Shown: in pieces, positions 38,184 to 50,905 of the stretch | Layout of the letters: each line of letters starts with the position of its first letter | How positions within the stretch are numbered: the first letter of the stretch is position 1 | DNA from: Octopus sinensis | Lineage: Eukaryota | Direction of reading: 5' to 3' | Assembly (NCBI RefSeq): GCF_006345805.1 | Contig: NC_042997.1 | Coordinates: 125,612,001-125,676,000, forward strand | DNA: 64,000 nt | Notes under the pieces: generated by a model | The model's input: the letters and a program-made list of their open reading frames with translations, nothing else | Databases searched by the model: none | What the model was told of the DNA's origin: nothing | Translations under genes and position numbers: made by a program

Positions 38184-38965
38184 CGATAGAGAGACAGAGC
38201 GATAGAGAGAAAGAATGAAACAGATTGTGTACAAGAAATTACATGTTATAACAAAGGTTTATTAAATCTTGCTATTGTTTAAACAACTCGGTTGCTTTTT
38301 CTCCGATCATATAAGGTTAATATACATTTTTTTTTTAATAATTGTTTGAAAAAAAAAATCTTTATGATTAACGTTAAGGTATTCAGATATCTGGAAAAAA
38401 TGTTCCCTACAATCAATATGAATTAGATTTGCAAGGAAATGGATTTTCCAAAAAAAAAATAATAATAATAATAAAGAATAGTAAATAATCTAAAAATATT
38501 ACAAATGGATTTCCCATGATTTATTTCAAGATTATTCATAGAAAAAAAAACAACACACATTTCTTCCCTGTTGATTTTACTTGCTGTTGAGTAATGTAAA
38601 GATTATATCTTGCTAATAATCTGAATGATTTTTGCAGTTTTTTATGAAGTTCTCATATGTTGTTGCTATTCAATATCTTTCAGCTAATGTTTGCATTAGA
38701 AAAATCCGAAACATCTTGTCCGTCGATTGAATTCGTGAACAAAATAATTTCAGTACCAAATATGTAGGCAAATACTCAAAAAGAGGCTTTTGCTGTGAGC
38801 TACACATGAGCTTTATGTGCATTTTCAACCTCCACATGGGCATAGTTGTGTGGTTAAAATGTCTGTTTCTCAGTTACATGGCTTTGGGATCAATCCCGCC
38901 ACACAGCACATAAGTCTCATAACATCGTTTTGAGTCAATCAAAGCTTTGTGAATGAAATTCATTA

Positions 38966-39184
38966 CAGTAATGCCTCGATTATCGCGTGTGTTACGTTCC
39001 AAAACCCTCCAAGATAGGTGACAATCCGCGAAGTAGGAACAGTGCTGTACTGTATTTTTTTTTTTTTTTATAATTTGTATATATTTATTTTATTATAAAT
39101 GCAAAACAACACTACGGAGGAATCGACATAAGCTTAAATAATAATCCGCGATAGGTGAACCGCGATATAGCGAGGGATTATTTT
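38966..39184. mobile_element. pogo/Tigger-like MITE inserted at TA in a decayed SINE A (38820-39215)
   Basis: TA|CAGTAATGCCTCGATTATCGCG ... CGCGATATAGCGAGGGATTA; the SINE-like text ...GAAATTCATTA | GAAGGAACC resumes after it. Confidence 0.7.
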
Positions 39185-39271
39185 AGAAGGAACCAGTGTG
39201 TTTCTGGTGATAGACTTGACTTAACCTGTTACCCAGTTTAAACACTACCTGACCTTTAAGTGCCTTTCGAT

Positions 39272-40118
39272 CAGTGGTTCTCAACCATTTTTTTTTTACC
39301 TATGGGCCCATATCATTATTACTATTTTACTCTGGTGCCCCACTCCATAGTTATTCAATGTTTAAAAACTAGTTTTATAGATAGGTTTTTCAAAATTCTT
39401 ATTTTGTTTTTCACACGTTCACTTGAGTAGGTTTATAATAGCACTGACTGAAAGAATATGTTTCAGTGCCTGGAAGCATGTTGAACTATGTAAAACATTA
39501 GAGAAAGGACATAGTTGTGTAGGATTTTATGTGATATTCGCACTTGCTGGGCGCCATCACATCTCCTTACATAGTTATAGAAAGGGAAAATAGCAGGAAC
39601 ACGAATCTCCGAACAAATAACAATAATAATTTATTCTCGCCGAAATAGGCATTTCATCTCTGGACATCGGTAGCGTGGACGCCTGGGTGGAAGCAGCAGG
39701 GTTGGTAGTTAGACACAAAATACAAAGGCATTTTCACAGACTCGCAACGTCGCTCGCCATTAGAATGCCAGCTCCACGGAGCTGGTCTCAGTCGCGTCAT
39801 GTCTGGTCGGATGTCGGGGGCCGAAGAGAGAAAATAGCTGTCAATCCTAGCTGCTGATGATGACTGCGCATGCGCATGAGGGACTTCCGGTAGGCCTTCC
39901 AGAATACTGATACTTTCGCATGTGCAGATGAAAATCCCAAAATGGCGTCTGAAACCTGGTATCACTACTGTTGTTTTTGAAATAAACATATCAAAAGCAA
40001 CATTTTTTTCATAGACCCTTAAAATGCTACTGTGGATCCCCTATTTACTATTTTGCATACATGGACTCCCAAAAATCTGGACCCCAGGGGTCACATGGTC
40101 CCTGGTTCAAAACCATTG
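39272..40118. mobile_element. hAT Charlie/MER5-like non-autonomous element
   Basis: CAGTGGTTCTCAACC left end; GGTTCAAAACCATTG right end; flanking 8-mers CTTTCGAT / GTTTAGAT (6/8). Confidence 0.7.
39860..39950. promoter_or_regulatory. NRF1 + ETS + YY1 motif cluster in a CpG-rich insert
   Basis: TGCGCATGCGCA 39865-39876, ACTTCCGG 39883-39890, CAAAATGGCG 39938-39947. Confidence 0.45.
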
Positions 40119-40786
40119 GTTTAGATGAATATTTGTTACAAGCAGACTTCCGGTCAGAACGTAACTTCCTATTTCTTTCCAAAGAGTTACTTTCCTTCCT
40201 TCTCTGACTGAATCATCGCCACTTCAAAGATTTTGATATTACGTTGCCTAAATTTCAAAACTCTAATGTAACATCAAACGGACATCTGTACTCTAAGTTC
40301 TTTCGTATTGACACATCCTTATGTATGAAAATAATTTTCAGCTTATAAATTAATTGCCACATATCTTAGATGCAGCTCTATCGTTATCTTAGTATCACTG
40401 CATAAAACTGGTGTGTTCGGAAATAATGGTTACTTACATTTGCAATTTTTAAAAAATGTCTGCAGAATAAAATTGTTTGAGTTCCATGCCATCTTCGAGA
40501 ATATTTATAGTGCAAAATAAAAGAAAGTACATTCTGTTGTGCGGATTCAAAATCGGATCGTTAATTTCAATTACAGACATCATTCATCATGCTATATGGT
40601 GTTCAATATGTAACTGGTGTCGCTGATTGATATATACAGTTATATGAGCATCAATCAAATCTAATCAGAAATATTCGGTAAGAAAAACATTAGCTTAATG
40701 ACTGTTTTTGTTTTAATTATTCCGATAGATAAGGGAGACAACTCCGGGCAATGCAGACTATCTTATCACAAAAATATATTTTTAAT

Positions 40787-40966
40787 CTGTCGTGTCTGCG
40801 AAGAGTCATTTTCTTTTTGTGCCTTATAATTTAACACACACACGGTAAAATTTCCACTTGTTTCTTATTTTTATTTTCTTAAAATCTTCATTGCGTCTTG
40901 CAACCTTTTCAATAGCCCTTGACTTATAAGGCACAAAAAGAAAACGACTCTTCCCAGACACAACTG
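40787..40966. mobile_element. MITE, ~180 bp, with ~40-bp TIRs
   Basis: GTGTCTG(C/G)GAAGAGTC(A/G)TTTTCTTTTTGTGCCTTATAA present in both orientations (36/38). Confidence 0.8.
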
Positions 40967-40974
40967 AATATGCT

Positions 40975-41300
40975 TCAACACACGAATTCACATAAAGAAT
41001 CTTGCAAACCAAATCCAAAAACGAAATATTTCTAATCACATTTACGAAACTCGTTTCATTAAATATGCCAGCTTGAACCTAACTTTGGTTCTCGTGTACA
41101 AAACCTCTGAATAATTATCTTCAGTCATTTATTTTTGTTTTATTAATATGCTATTTTTCCCTCCTGCTCAAACTCAATATTAAACATCTACATTGTGATT
41201 CTCTCATCACTATCTCGGTACATTTACTGATGTTTTTACTTCGCTGATGAGGTTTAACCAGTAAGACCGAAACATATCTGGAGTTGTTTCCAGTACTTAC
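40975..41300 (+). mobile_element. Penelope-like 3' remnant
   Basis: RILQT... and YETRFIKYASLN resemble the GIY-YIG C-terminal E..fI....LN; followed by an HHR motif. Confidence 0.5.
41239..41283 (+). ncRNA. Near-canonical minimal hammerhead ribozyme motif
   Basis: CTTCG-CTGATGA-GGTTT-AACCAGTA-AGACC-GAAAC-AT-ATC-TGGAG; stem III palindrome ACATGT is apparently mutated to ACATAT. Confidence 0.6.
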
Positions 41301-43606
41301 TGAAATTATTAAAACAGTTTTAGTCATTAAGTTAATATTGTCTTTTCCTCGGCGTATAATTATTTCTGATTTAAGTTTTCATGCTCACTTCATTCAACTT
41401 AACTCTTAATTTTCGAACTGATTCGTCCCTGAGTAATTAGCCTCAGTATGCTGATTTTTCACGTCTGCTCGTGTAGAATATTGAATATCTATTCAACTAA
41501 TCTGGATTGTTTCTAGTGGAATAGAAACTCTTTTTTCTTGTATCGAGAGGTTGTCCCCATTGCTGCTCGGATAATACAAGAAAACCGCAATAAATCGGAG
41601 ATATCGGATTATTTTTATGACCAGGCGAAGAGAGCCATACTTTTAGGGAGAGAAATAGGACGTTGTAATCGTTATCCTGAGAGAAAATATTGTTGTGAGA
41701 CAGACGCCATGCAAACAGAGTTAAACAACCAAAAGTCTCTCAAAAGAAATATTGACACGACATGTACGATCGTCTTGCTTGAATAGAAACAAATATTTCA
41801 AAACCTATTTTTAGAAAAATAGAATAAAAATAAAAGTCCTCATTAAAATCAAACGTTACGAAATAATTTCTATTGTAATAAAAACTTTGTGGACCAGCCG
41901 TCGCCCTCTTACCCATGTCGTGACTATTTAAAAATCTTTTGTTTCAGAACAGACATGAATTCTATTGGTTGCTTTTCCTCTGGCTGCGTTTGTTGTTGAT
42001 GTCAGTGCAGTAATCTCAACAAACATTTATTTCAAATGCTATTTCAATTCATTTTTCATTGCTCAAGTTTGACAATTATCGTTTTAGATCGATCAACTGA
42101 TAATAACATGTGATTCAAAATCAATAGAAAATAATGATACCTTGCTGTGTGTGCAATTCCTACCAACTTTTGAGAAAAACAATTCGTTTCTTCTTTGTTT
42201 CCTTCAGTGTTTACCTACGTATTTAAGCATTTACAAAGAACTACAAATTCTAAATTTCCAATATAGTTTTCATTGAATGTTCGATATTAAAATATTAAAG
42301 AAAAGGAGCTCTTTTCTATGTAATTTCTTGTTATCCAAAAATTTACTTCTGCTGTTTCAAAAGAAAATTAACTTTAGATTCTTTTTTCCTCATTAGTTTA
42401 TGAAATTATGAATTTTATAGTTTGCTTTATTTCATTTTTATTCACTGCCGTTTCATCACACTGTGGTGGTATGATAAAGATATCATGGTATGATAAAGAT
42501 ATAAACAGTTGCGAGATATTTATTTCTCTGGACAGCAGTACACCGCTCAACGGTATGTGTTCCCTCTGATTAGGATATAAGCTCAACATCGAAACCTAAG
42601 TCCTGTATTTACTGAAGTGAAACACAAGCAGTTCTTTCACAGCTCGTTTCAGAGAAGGCGGCACCATACAAATCCGGCTTCCTGGTAATACTTGTTGTAA
42701 CAAACCAAAAAAGAGTGGGGTTGGCTCCGCACAAATCATGCCAACTATAATAAACCCCTGCTGCCTTGTGGGTTAATTTATTGAGCATTTAAAAAAAGGC
42801 TAAGGAAGTAAACCCTAACAAAAAATCTAGAGGGAGAGACCCTAAGGTAGATATCTTCGGCAGCTCCATGGATACTACGAAGATATTGTCTTGTTTTTTC
42901 CTTCATGGTGTATCCATGAATGTAGAAATTGTAAGTGTACTCGAAGCTAGGTACTTGTTTCTGGAAAGAGCCCAGGTGGAAATGGTTAAGTTACTGTTGT
43001 TGCAATGCTATCCAAAAACAACAGGACAACCAAACAAGCTTATATGATTATTTAAACTGAGTTGTGTAGTATTGATGCGGATGTTGTTGTCGCTGTTATT
43101 AAGCAGAGCAACTCTCGTAGAACAGGTTTGTAATCAAAGCTACTCCCGCTGAAATCCTGTCGTGTATTTTGGTTTATATTATATGTATCCAATGTAGAGC
43201 AAGACATACCAAAATGTACCTTTGTTTATTGTTTCCCAGTTTATTTTTAAGATATGAAAGTGCAATTTCAGGGAAAGTGATTACTATTTCTTGCAAATCA
43301 AGAAATCTTACAGGCTCAGTACTAGCTCGACTCAGCGCTGGCTCAATTCACTATTAGCTCGAGTCAGTACTAGCCTGAGTCTGCATCATCTCGAATGAAC
43401 TCATCCACTACCTCGAGTGGTTCAATTCATCGCTTTCCACTTCTAGTCCCATTTATCGATTAGAAAACTGTGGAAAAAATTTTCGGTTTAACAATTTAAA
43501 ATAGACAGAAGCAAGAAAATGAATTGAATGTCTGGAGTTTCTAAAATACTTTAAGAAAATCATATATAACAGATATTTCTCGTCTCTGTGTCTCTCTCTT
43601 TCTCTT

Positions 43607-43660
<54 letters not shown>

Positions 43661-44491
43661 CCTCTCTCTCTCTCTTTCTCTCTTTCTCTCTCTATGTTGT
43701 AGAGTTACTATATACCTAAAACCATAAGAGAATCTTCTATATAGAAATTCATCTTGAATCTCCGATACAGAACTGATTCAAACCTAAAGGTGTCGTTCGT
43801 TATTTGATTATTATGTGATTGTAACTAGTTTAGTTTTATTGAAAAATCTATCTTCCATAGAAAACAAGATTTTGGTTTAACATTTATCTCTGTAGATTTC
43901 GGGTGACTCGGTGCATTTTAGCGCCTTACAAAGCAGATGCTACTCCAACGTTGAAAAAGAAGTTTCACATACATATATATTTTTTATTTCTTAATATAAA
44001 AGAAAAAGTATTTTGGTATTATCCATGGCGCTGCGGCAGATGATGCTGATAATGATGATGCTGTAACAGAGAAAATGAAAAACTTATATAGGGAGGCTAA
44101 AAAACATGAAATATTCTCGTCTTTTGTAATTGATGATAACGAGGTGATGGAATAAAATATAATTTTATGCATGTAGTGCTAACCATCCTTTCATAATTTT
44201 TCGTCTTTCGCGAAAATATATCATGCTTTATTGCTACTGCGTAGATAAATGGGTCTTCTCATCAAAGTGAAAGCATTGACATAAAGTAAGGAACAGAAGA
44301 ATATTTTTTAAAAAACATATAAAGGAATAAAACTGGCCTGGATAAATGGAGTAATAAAGGTATCGAAATCAGTCGGTTTATCCTGAACCAAGCAGCCGAC
44401 AAGGATTTTATGGAGTTGAATCTGGCCAGGTTGTACGACTACGAGGTTTCTACACAGTTTCTGTCTACCAAATCCACCCACAACACTTGGT

Positions 44492-44690
44492 GCCGTTCAA
44501 GAATTTGGACCTGGAGATCTCCATTTCCAGCGACTTCGAGGGCCACCTCCAAGTGGCGTCGGGCGTCAACGAAGAGCCCTCGACTACAACAACACGACCA
44601 AAGTTTTTTTTTCTAAGGTCTGGGGGTCTCCCGCCCCTAAGCCCTAGACCATCACCTAATCACCCTTACCCGTCTTGTTGCTTAACAACA
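44492..44690 (+). mobile_element. Unidentified ~200-bp retroposed fragment with (AAC)n tail and 12-bp TSD
   Basis: ACAACACTTGGT at 44480-44491 and 44691-44702; GC-rich body ends TTAACAACA. Confidence 0.8.
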
Positions 44691-44745
44691 ACAACACTTG
44701 GTCCGTCTAGGGTTATAGAAGACACTTTTCCAAGATGCTGTATTA

Positions 44746-45012
44746 CTCGTATTGGCCCTCCGTCGGTTACGACGACCAGTGTTCCAGTTGATTCGATCAA
44801 TGGAGCAGCCTGCTCATGAAATTAACTTGCAAGTGGCTGAACACGTGTACCCTTAATTCGGTGTGACATAGAACGGCCCTTTGAATTACAGAGGCAACTT
44901 ATTTTTGCCAGCTGAGTGAACTGGAGCAACGTGAAATAAAGTGCCGCCCGGAATCAAACTCATGACCTTACGATCGTCAGCCGGTTGCCCTAACCACCGA
45001 GCCACGCGCCTC
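44746..45012 (-). mobile_element. tRNA-derived SINE, family D
   Basis: Reverse complement GAGGCGCGTGGCTCGGTGGTTAGGG...GAGTTTGATTCC, then TCACGTTGCTCCAGTTCACTCAGCTGGCAAAAAT; degenerate TSD 44730-44745 / 45015-45030 (13/16). Confidence 0.8.
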
Positions 45013-45079
45013 GCCCAAAATGTTGTATCACGGAACTGAACTCAAATCTTGAGGTTGGAAAACAAACTTCTTACCACAC

Positions 45080-45290
45080 TTTTAAACTTTTACTTGTTTC
45101 AGCCATTTTGACTGTGGTCATGCTGGAGCACCGCGTTTTAGTCGAAGAAATCTACCCCGGGACTTATTCTTTGTAAGCCTGTTTCTTCTTCTATCGGGCT
45201 CATTCGCCGAATCGCTATGCTACGGGGGCGTAAACACACCAACATCGATTCTCAAGCGTTGGTGGAGGGACAAACACAGACAATAACACA
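45080..45290 (-). mobile_element. SINE family A, 3' half
   Basis: Tail and 3' body up to the internal microsatellite. Confidence 0.8.
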
Positions 45291-45295
45291 AATAT

Positions 45296-45333
<38 letters not shown>

Positions 45334-45647
45334 CTAGACTTACTACCCAGTGTTGCCCAGTAAAGTATTCACGGAATTGTTTGCCAGTTGTAGAGTGGGA
45401 ATTCACGGTACTTATGCATGTATATATATATTTAACCTAACATCTGAACTTATTTAATTGGAACTATTCAAACAATAGTAATCACTTGACATGAGTAGAA
45501 GCCTTTTTGTACCTGTTACCTTTGTTTTAAAGTGAAGTGGGGAGAAAGTGAAAGATTTATGAACGTGTATATGAAATGGACGTGCGTAAGAGAGAGAGTG
45601 CCTCTTACACATACATGAGAACACACACGTTCACTCACTCACACACA

Positions 45648-45712
<65 letters not shown>

Positions 45713-46828
45713 ACACACATACACACACACACATGCACACGTACATGCAAAAATGATGTACGCATATGTATTGATGTATTACATATACATGACAACACAC
45801 CCCTCACTCACTCTCTCTTTTTCTCTCTCTCTTCTTCTCTTTCTTACTCTCTCTCTCTCTCTCTCTCTCGTTCTCTCTTTCATACACACACATCCATTTC
45901 ATATACACGTACATACATCTTTCACTTTCTCCTCTCTTTCACTTTAAAAGAAAAGAAAATATATAAAAAAAATTTACGGAAATTAACGAACTCTGGATGA
46001 TGAAATCACATTCAGTTAAAAATATTTCAAAATGATTAAAAATACTGTGTACATCAAAAAACTCAACAGTTTTTTTTTTCTTCTTAGAGAGCGTGAAGAC
46101 AATGTGTGTGTATATGTCACAGATAGCGAACGTGTGTTTGTGTTGATTGACACGCCATTATATGTGTGTGTATTCTGTATGTATGTTGACATCATGGAAA
46201 CCATGTATTTTTTTTCATCAAGAAATAACAAAAATTGAATTTAATCGCTTAAATAGAGTTCCAAATATCACAAAACTTTTTTACTGCGCTGCCGAAGGCA
46301 AGAATGAAAATAAATATGTAAAAAAAAGATTAAGATAAAATATACTATTTCTGAGATATTTCAGTTACATACAAATATCCCTAGGGTTTTAGTATTATCT
46401 ATTATCAAGTATATACATCTTGATATATATTGACCCCATAAAAAGAAGAAAAAATCAGTGATAGGCAGAGTCTGTAACAATGTATATCTTCTTGAAAAGC
46501 TTAGTAACTTCTATGCTGGAGTGAGACAGCATGTTCTTTGTCTATCTCCTTAACTTCTTGGAGATTTTAGGTATAATTATACTAATGTGTCCATCTGTTC
46601 TAATTTAATTAAATTCTATGTCTTTGTGCAGCTAAAGATTGCTCAGCCTTTTAAACTGATCTAATGATTGCCTTGTTCAATGAAATGGAGTTGCATAAAA
46701 CGATCGTACTGCATTACCTCTGGATATCCTTGTTGCTTATTTTGATTTTAATCACCTTACTTTGAAATTGTATGGATAATACCGTACTAAATTCTGGTGC
46801 CTCAACTTAAGTACCATATTCATCTGAA

Positions 46829-46881
<53 letters not shown>

Positions 46882-46936
46882 GAGGGTGTATGAAAGTTTT
46901 GAGCCTTGAAGTCTTGTACCTTCAGATGTCTTGTAC

Positions 46937-46999
<63 letters not shown>

Positions 47000-47291
47000 C
47001 TGGTACTTGATTTATCGACCCCGAAAGCTACTACTACACTATAAATGTTCTTGAAGATGGCATAGAACTAAAACAATTTTTTTTTGAGGCTCAAGACTTT
47101 TCATACACATACACACACACTTGTCAGACACACTGGAGTATACCAACAAGCTGCTGCTGCTACTGCTGCTATATTACTATTCCTACAACTACTATTATTA
47201 GTATTCTAGTACTAATTCATTTTCTACTACCGCTGCCACGAACATACATAGATAGATAGATACATACATACATACATACAGTATACATACA

Positions 47292-47367
<76 letters not shown>

Positions 47368-47631
47368 TATATATAGTCGCTATTAATGACGTTGTTCTTT
47401 CTTTGGGGATTAAGTATCTCTTTTCCCCATTTTATTCACTTCCTATTCCGCCCCCATCCTCCCTTCCTCATTACCCTACCTCATCACCCTACCTCCACTC
47501 CCATCGTCTCTGTTTCAACCTTATTTCCCTGCGGCAGATTTCAATTTTTTCCTATTCAGTCGTCGTTCGGATCAGAGATCTACTGTCGCAGTCAATCAAA
47601 ATAATTTGTAGAATCTCTCTCTCTCTCCCCT

Positions 47632-47694
<63 letters not shown>

Positions 47695-48200
47695 GTATGT
47701 ATGTATGTATGTATGTATGTATGTATATCACGCGCGCTCCAAACACTTCAGTATTAAAATATTTTCTGGCATAACTTTAGAATTTATATTTGTCTTTGCA
47801 CAATAATCATTTTTCTTCTTTACACTTTAAAAAGTAAGTGAAATATGTTTTGAAGATCTTTTTTTCCAATAAAATGAACTGATGACCTTAATATACGCGC
47901 TGTATCTGATACACAGCCTCACAAAGATACGCTTTCTTACATTGACACAAGGTCAGTTGCTTATTATACTGGAATGGTAAAAAATGATTGAATCTGTTTT
48001 TCGTATCCAACAAGTAATTATTTTAAAGAATCCGGAGGGGATAAAAGAATAGGTCAAATCCAGCTGAGAGTACCCAGCCGGTGCAAAGGTAAGGTGAAAC
48101 CTAGCTTAGATTACCAAGTCGACAGAAAGGGCTATGATGGAATTCGACAAAACATTGATCCGGCATGCTGTCGTTGCTGCGATTCGATGCCCCTACAGGC

Positions 48201-48442
48201 CTCTTTTACTCTTTTTTTACTCTTTCACTTGTTTCAGTCATTTGACTGTGGCCATGCTGAAGCACCGCCTTTAGTCGAGCAAATCGACCCCAGGACTTAT
48301 TCTATGTAAGCCTAGTACTTATTCTATCGGTGTCTTTTGCCGAACCGCTAAGTTACGGGGACGTAACACACCAGCATCGGTTGTCAAACGAAGTTGGGAG
48401 GACAAACACAGACGCAAACGTATAAACACACACACACCACAC

Positions 48443-48473
<31 letters not shown>

Positions 48474-48635
48474 CATATATACGACGGGCTTCTTTCAGTT
48501 TCCGTCTACCAAATTCACTCACAAGGCTTTGGTTGGCCCGAGACTATAGTAGAAGACACTTGCCCAAGGTGCCACGCAGTGGGACTGAACCCGGAACCAT
48601 CTGGTTGGTAAGCAAGCTACTTACCACACAGCCAC
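48201..48635 (-). mobile_element. SINE family A (full length)
   Basis: Reverse-complement match head to tail. Confidence 0.92.
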
Positions 48636-48997
48636 AAAATATTGCGTTTTGCATTGACGAAACTTCACAAATTTATATAGAATATATACCGTTCACTTAG
48701 ATGGAATTTGATTTTGGAACATAAAAGAAGCAACAAAATACTACAATTGTTGAATGATCTTGGTTTAGCTTTTGGTTGGCTCTACGACGGACGTCACAAG
48801 GTTAAGGTACACAAGAGAACTGGTCACCGGAAAACCGTAATAAAGCACTTCAGTTAGTCACATGAACCAATGAAATATAGAGGCTCATGTGTCATCTCGA
48901 ATTTAGACTTGTCTTTCATTGGGGTCCAGTATAATTGTCTTACTGTCCAAAATTCAACTTAAAATAAAAATAAAATACATTGGGCGAATAAATATTG

Positions 48998-49477
48998 TTT
49001 CTTTATTAACCACGCAGGGCTGGACACAGACGGGACAAATTAAAAAGTAGAGCTTTTCTTTTTGGGGAGAGAAAAAAAGAAGGTGGAGTAGGTTTTCGAT
49101 CAAAAGGGATCGTAGAAAGGGGGAAAAAAACAAAAAAAAAAAAAGAAAAGACGATCAATAGGGATCGTGTATCACAGAAATGTAATGATGTAAAGTGTAA
49201 AGGGGGGAAGCAGCTAAGGTTTATCCATGGAAAGAAAAGCCTACGGAAAAGTTCACGGTATCCTCGGTCATTAATGTCACATGTTAACACATTTATTTGC
49301 AAGTAAGTATCTCTCTGTTTAAAATTTTTCCGGGTTCATAGGATTATGCTCAAAGTGGCTTCGTCATTCAAACGTGCCATCCTTGCTACATTCACCCATC
49401 TTTTTTTGAAACATTCGCTAGACAAAACTTGCCTCTCTACTCTCACTTTCCTTTTCAAGTGATACTTGAAGAAATTG
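48998..49477 (-). mobile_element. Tx1/L1-type LINE, 5'-truncated copy with 18-19 bp TSD
   Basis: Homologous to 59100-59620; flanked by ATTGGGCGAATAAATATTG (48979-48997) and ATTGGGCGAAAAATATTG (49478-49495). Confidence 0.88.
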
Positions 49478-49699
49478 ATTGGGCGAAAAATATTGATTGT
49501 ACTCTACATCATGTACTGGATCCATTTTTTTTTCCTTTAGGAAAAACGTGTATGTGTGTGTGCCTCTGTGTGTGTACATGTAAAGGCACAGAATTGGGGC
49601 GCTTTGGAAGCCGTAATGGTGGTCTATCGATGCAGAAGCGATGATAGTTTAATAAAGGCTGTGTTTTTGAGATAAGAAAGTGATTAAGAGTGTTTGACA

Positions 49700-49900
49700 T
49701 GTTTGTCGGTGGAGGTTGTTACTGACTATTCCAGAAATCTAAGAGTAGTAACCGATTCGACTTCAACATTAGTAGCGTCGGTGTGGAAGGAATGTGAGAA
49801 CCAAGAAGAGTTATGGATACCAAAGCTACTGAAGACAACGACATCAGCGAGGAGTGGTGTGAGGCATGGTGATGTGGTGGGAGAGATACGAAACTGTAAA
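49700..49900 (-). pseudogene. APE endonuclease remnant of a CR1/Jockey-like LINE
   Basis: ADVVVFSSFGIHNSSWFSHSFHTDATNVEVES resembles the vvGDFNxH..W motif with decay. Confidence 0.4.
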
Positions 49901-50905
49901 TATAATATGTCCTAAAGAAATATGTTAAAGGTGTAATAATAGGAAACTAAGTTTGCTAGATTTATGGCGGATATTCAGGAAGTTGAAATTACTTGATGTG
50001 AAATTGTTGACGGTAAAAAATTAGAAAAAAAATTAATTAAAAAAAAAAATTCTTCTTAGCTTTTAATTTACCAAATTCATTAAAACTTCTGAAATCCTTC
50101 ATTTTAAACATCAAACAATATAAATTAGCTATGGTTATTTTCCTGAAATCAAAGAACTCTTACTATGCCATTTTATAACTTTTTGAGTTATTTCTGTTTA
50201 AATCGATTTTTCCAGCAGCAACACCAGCAGCAGAATCAGGAATGTAAATAAATTTAAGCGTCTCTTTACTATCTCAGATTCAAGAGATCGCCTTTGTCCA
50301 TACCTGAAGGCTATGAAATGGTGAGATTCTTTCGCTGAATGAATCAAATAATTATCAATGTTAGAGAGATTAAATACTTTTATAGATGGAATATTGTTTC
50401 CATTTGAACCAACACCGAGAGAGGCGGCGGGGAGAGAAAACCAAACAAAACACTGCTGCAGAGAAAATGAAAGAGGTTAACGAAACACAACTTCTCTTCA
50501 AAAGCTGCCAAAATTGCCGGAAGCGCTATAAAATTTACCACACAGATTCGGTAACTGAGTTCTCTCCCCCTGAGCTATCAAAGTACGTAATCAATTTTGT
50601 GTGAATCTAGAGAGATGAAAATAAATTAATTGATACACAAACTTCCGATTGCTTCACAGTCTGTTTATTTATTTTGAAACTGAGACTATCGACCGGGACT
50701 GACTCACAGCATGAATAGGTGAAAGAAGTCGCAGACAGGGCTATATATTTATATATTTTACACGGTAAATAAGTGTTTGGTTGTTTAAAATGGCAGCTCT
50801 AAGCAGAGATATATAGAAAATATATGAACGACATTACTACTAACTCTTTCATACACACAGAATATTATATGTAAGTGAAAAAATAATGAAATAAATAAAT
50901 AATAT

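Larger units (their letters stand above)
44433..45078 (-). mobile_element. Old SINE family A 5' half hosting two nested insertions
   Basis: A-consensus text is recovered when 44492-44690 and 44746-45014 are removed. Confidence 0.75.

Noticed and set aside
39654-39989. 111-aa minus-strand ORF in the CpG-rich insert
   Set aside because: No recognisable protein features; open frames are expected at this GC content.
44487-44819. 110-aa ORF MVPFKNLDLE... as a gene
   Set aside because: It runs across a TSD-bounded insertion, a host SINE and a second SINE, so it is a chance fusion.
45334-46415. Possible Helitron-like element starting TACTAGAC...CCCAGTGTTGCCCAG
   Set aside because: The 5' word is suggestive, but I could not identify a 3' hairpin/CTRR end.
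50216-50243. Possible microexon TTTTCCAG|CAGCAACACCAGCAGCAGAATCAGGAAT|GTAAAT (QQHQQQNQE)
   Set aside because: 28 nt (not frame-preserving), mediocre donor and no neighbouring exons; needs RNA-seq junctions.
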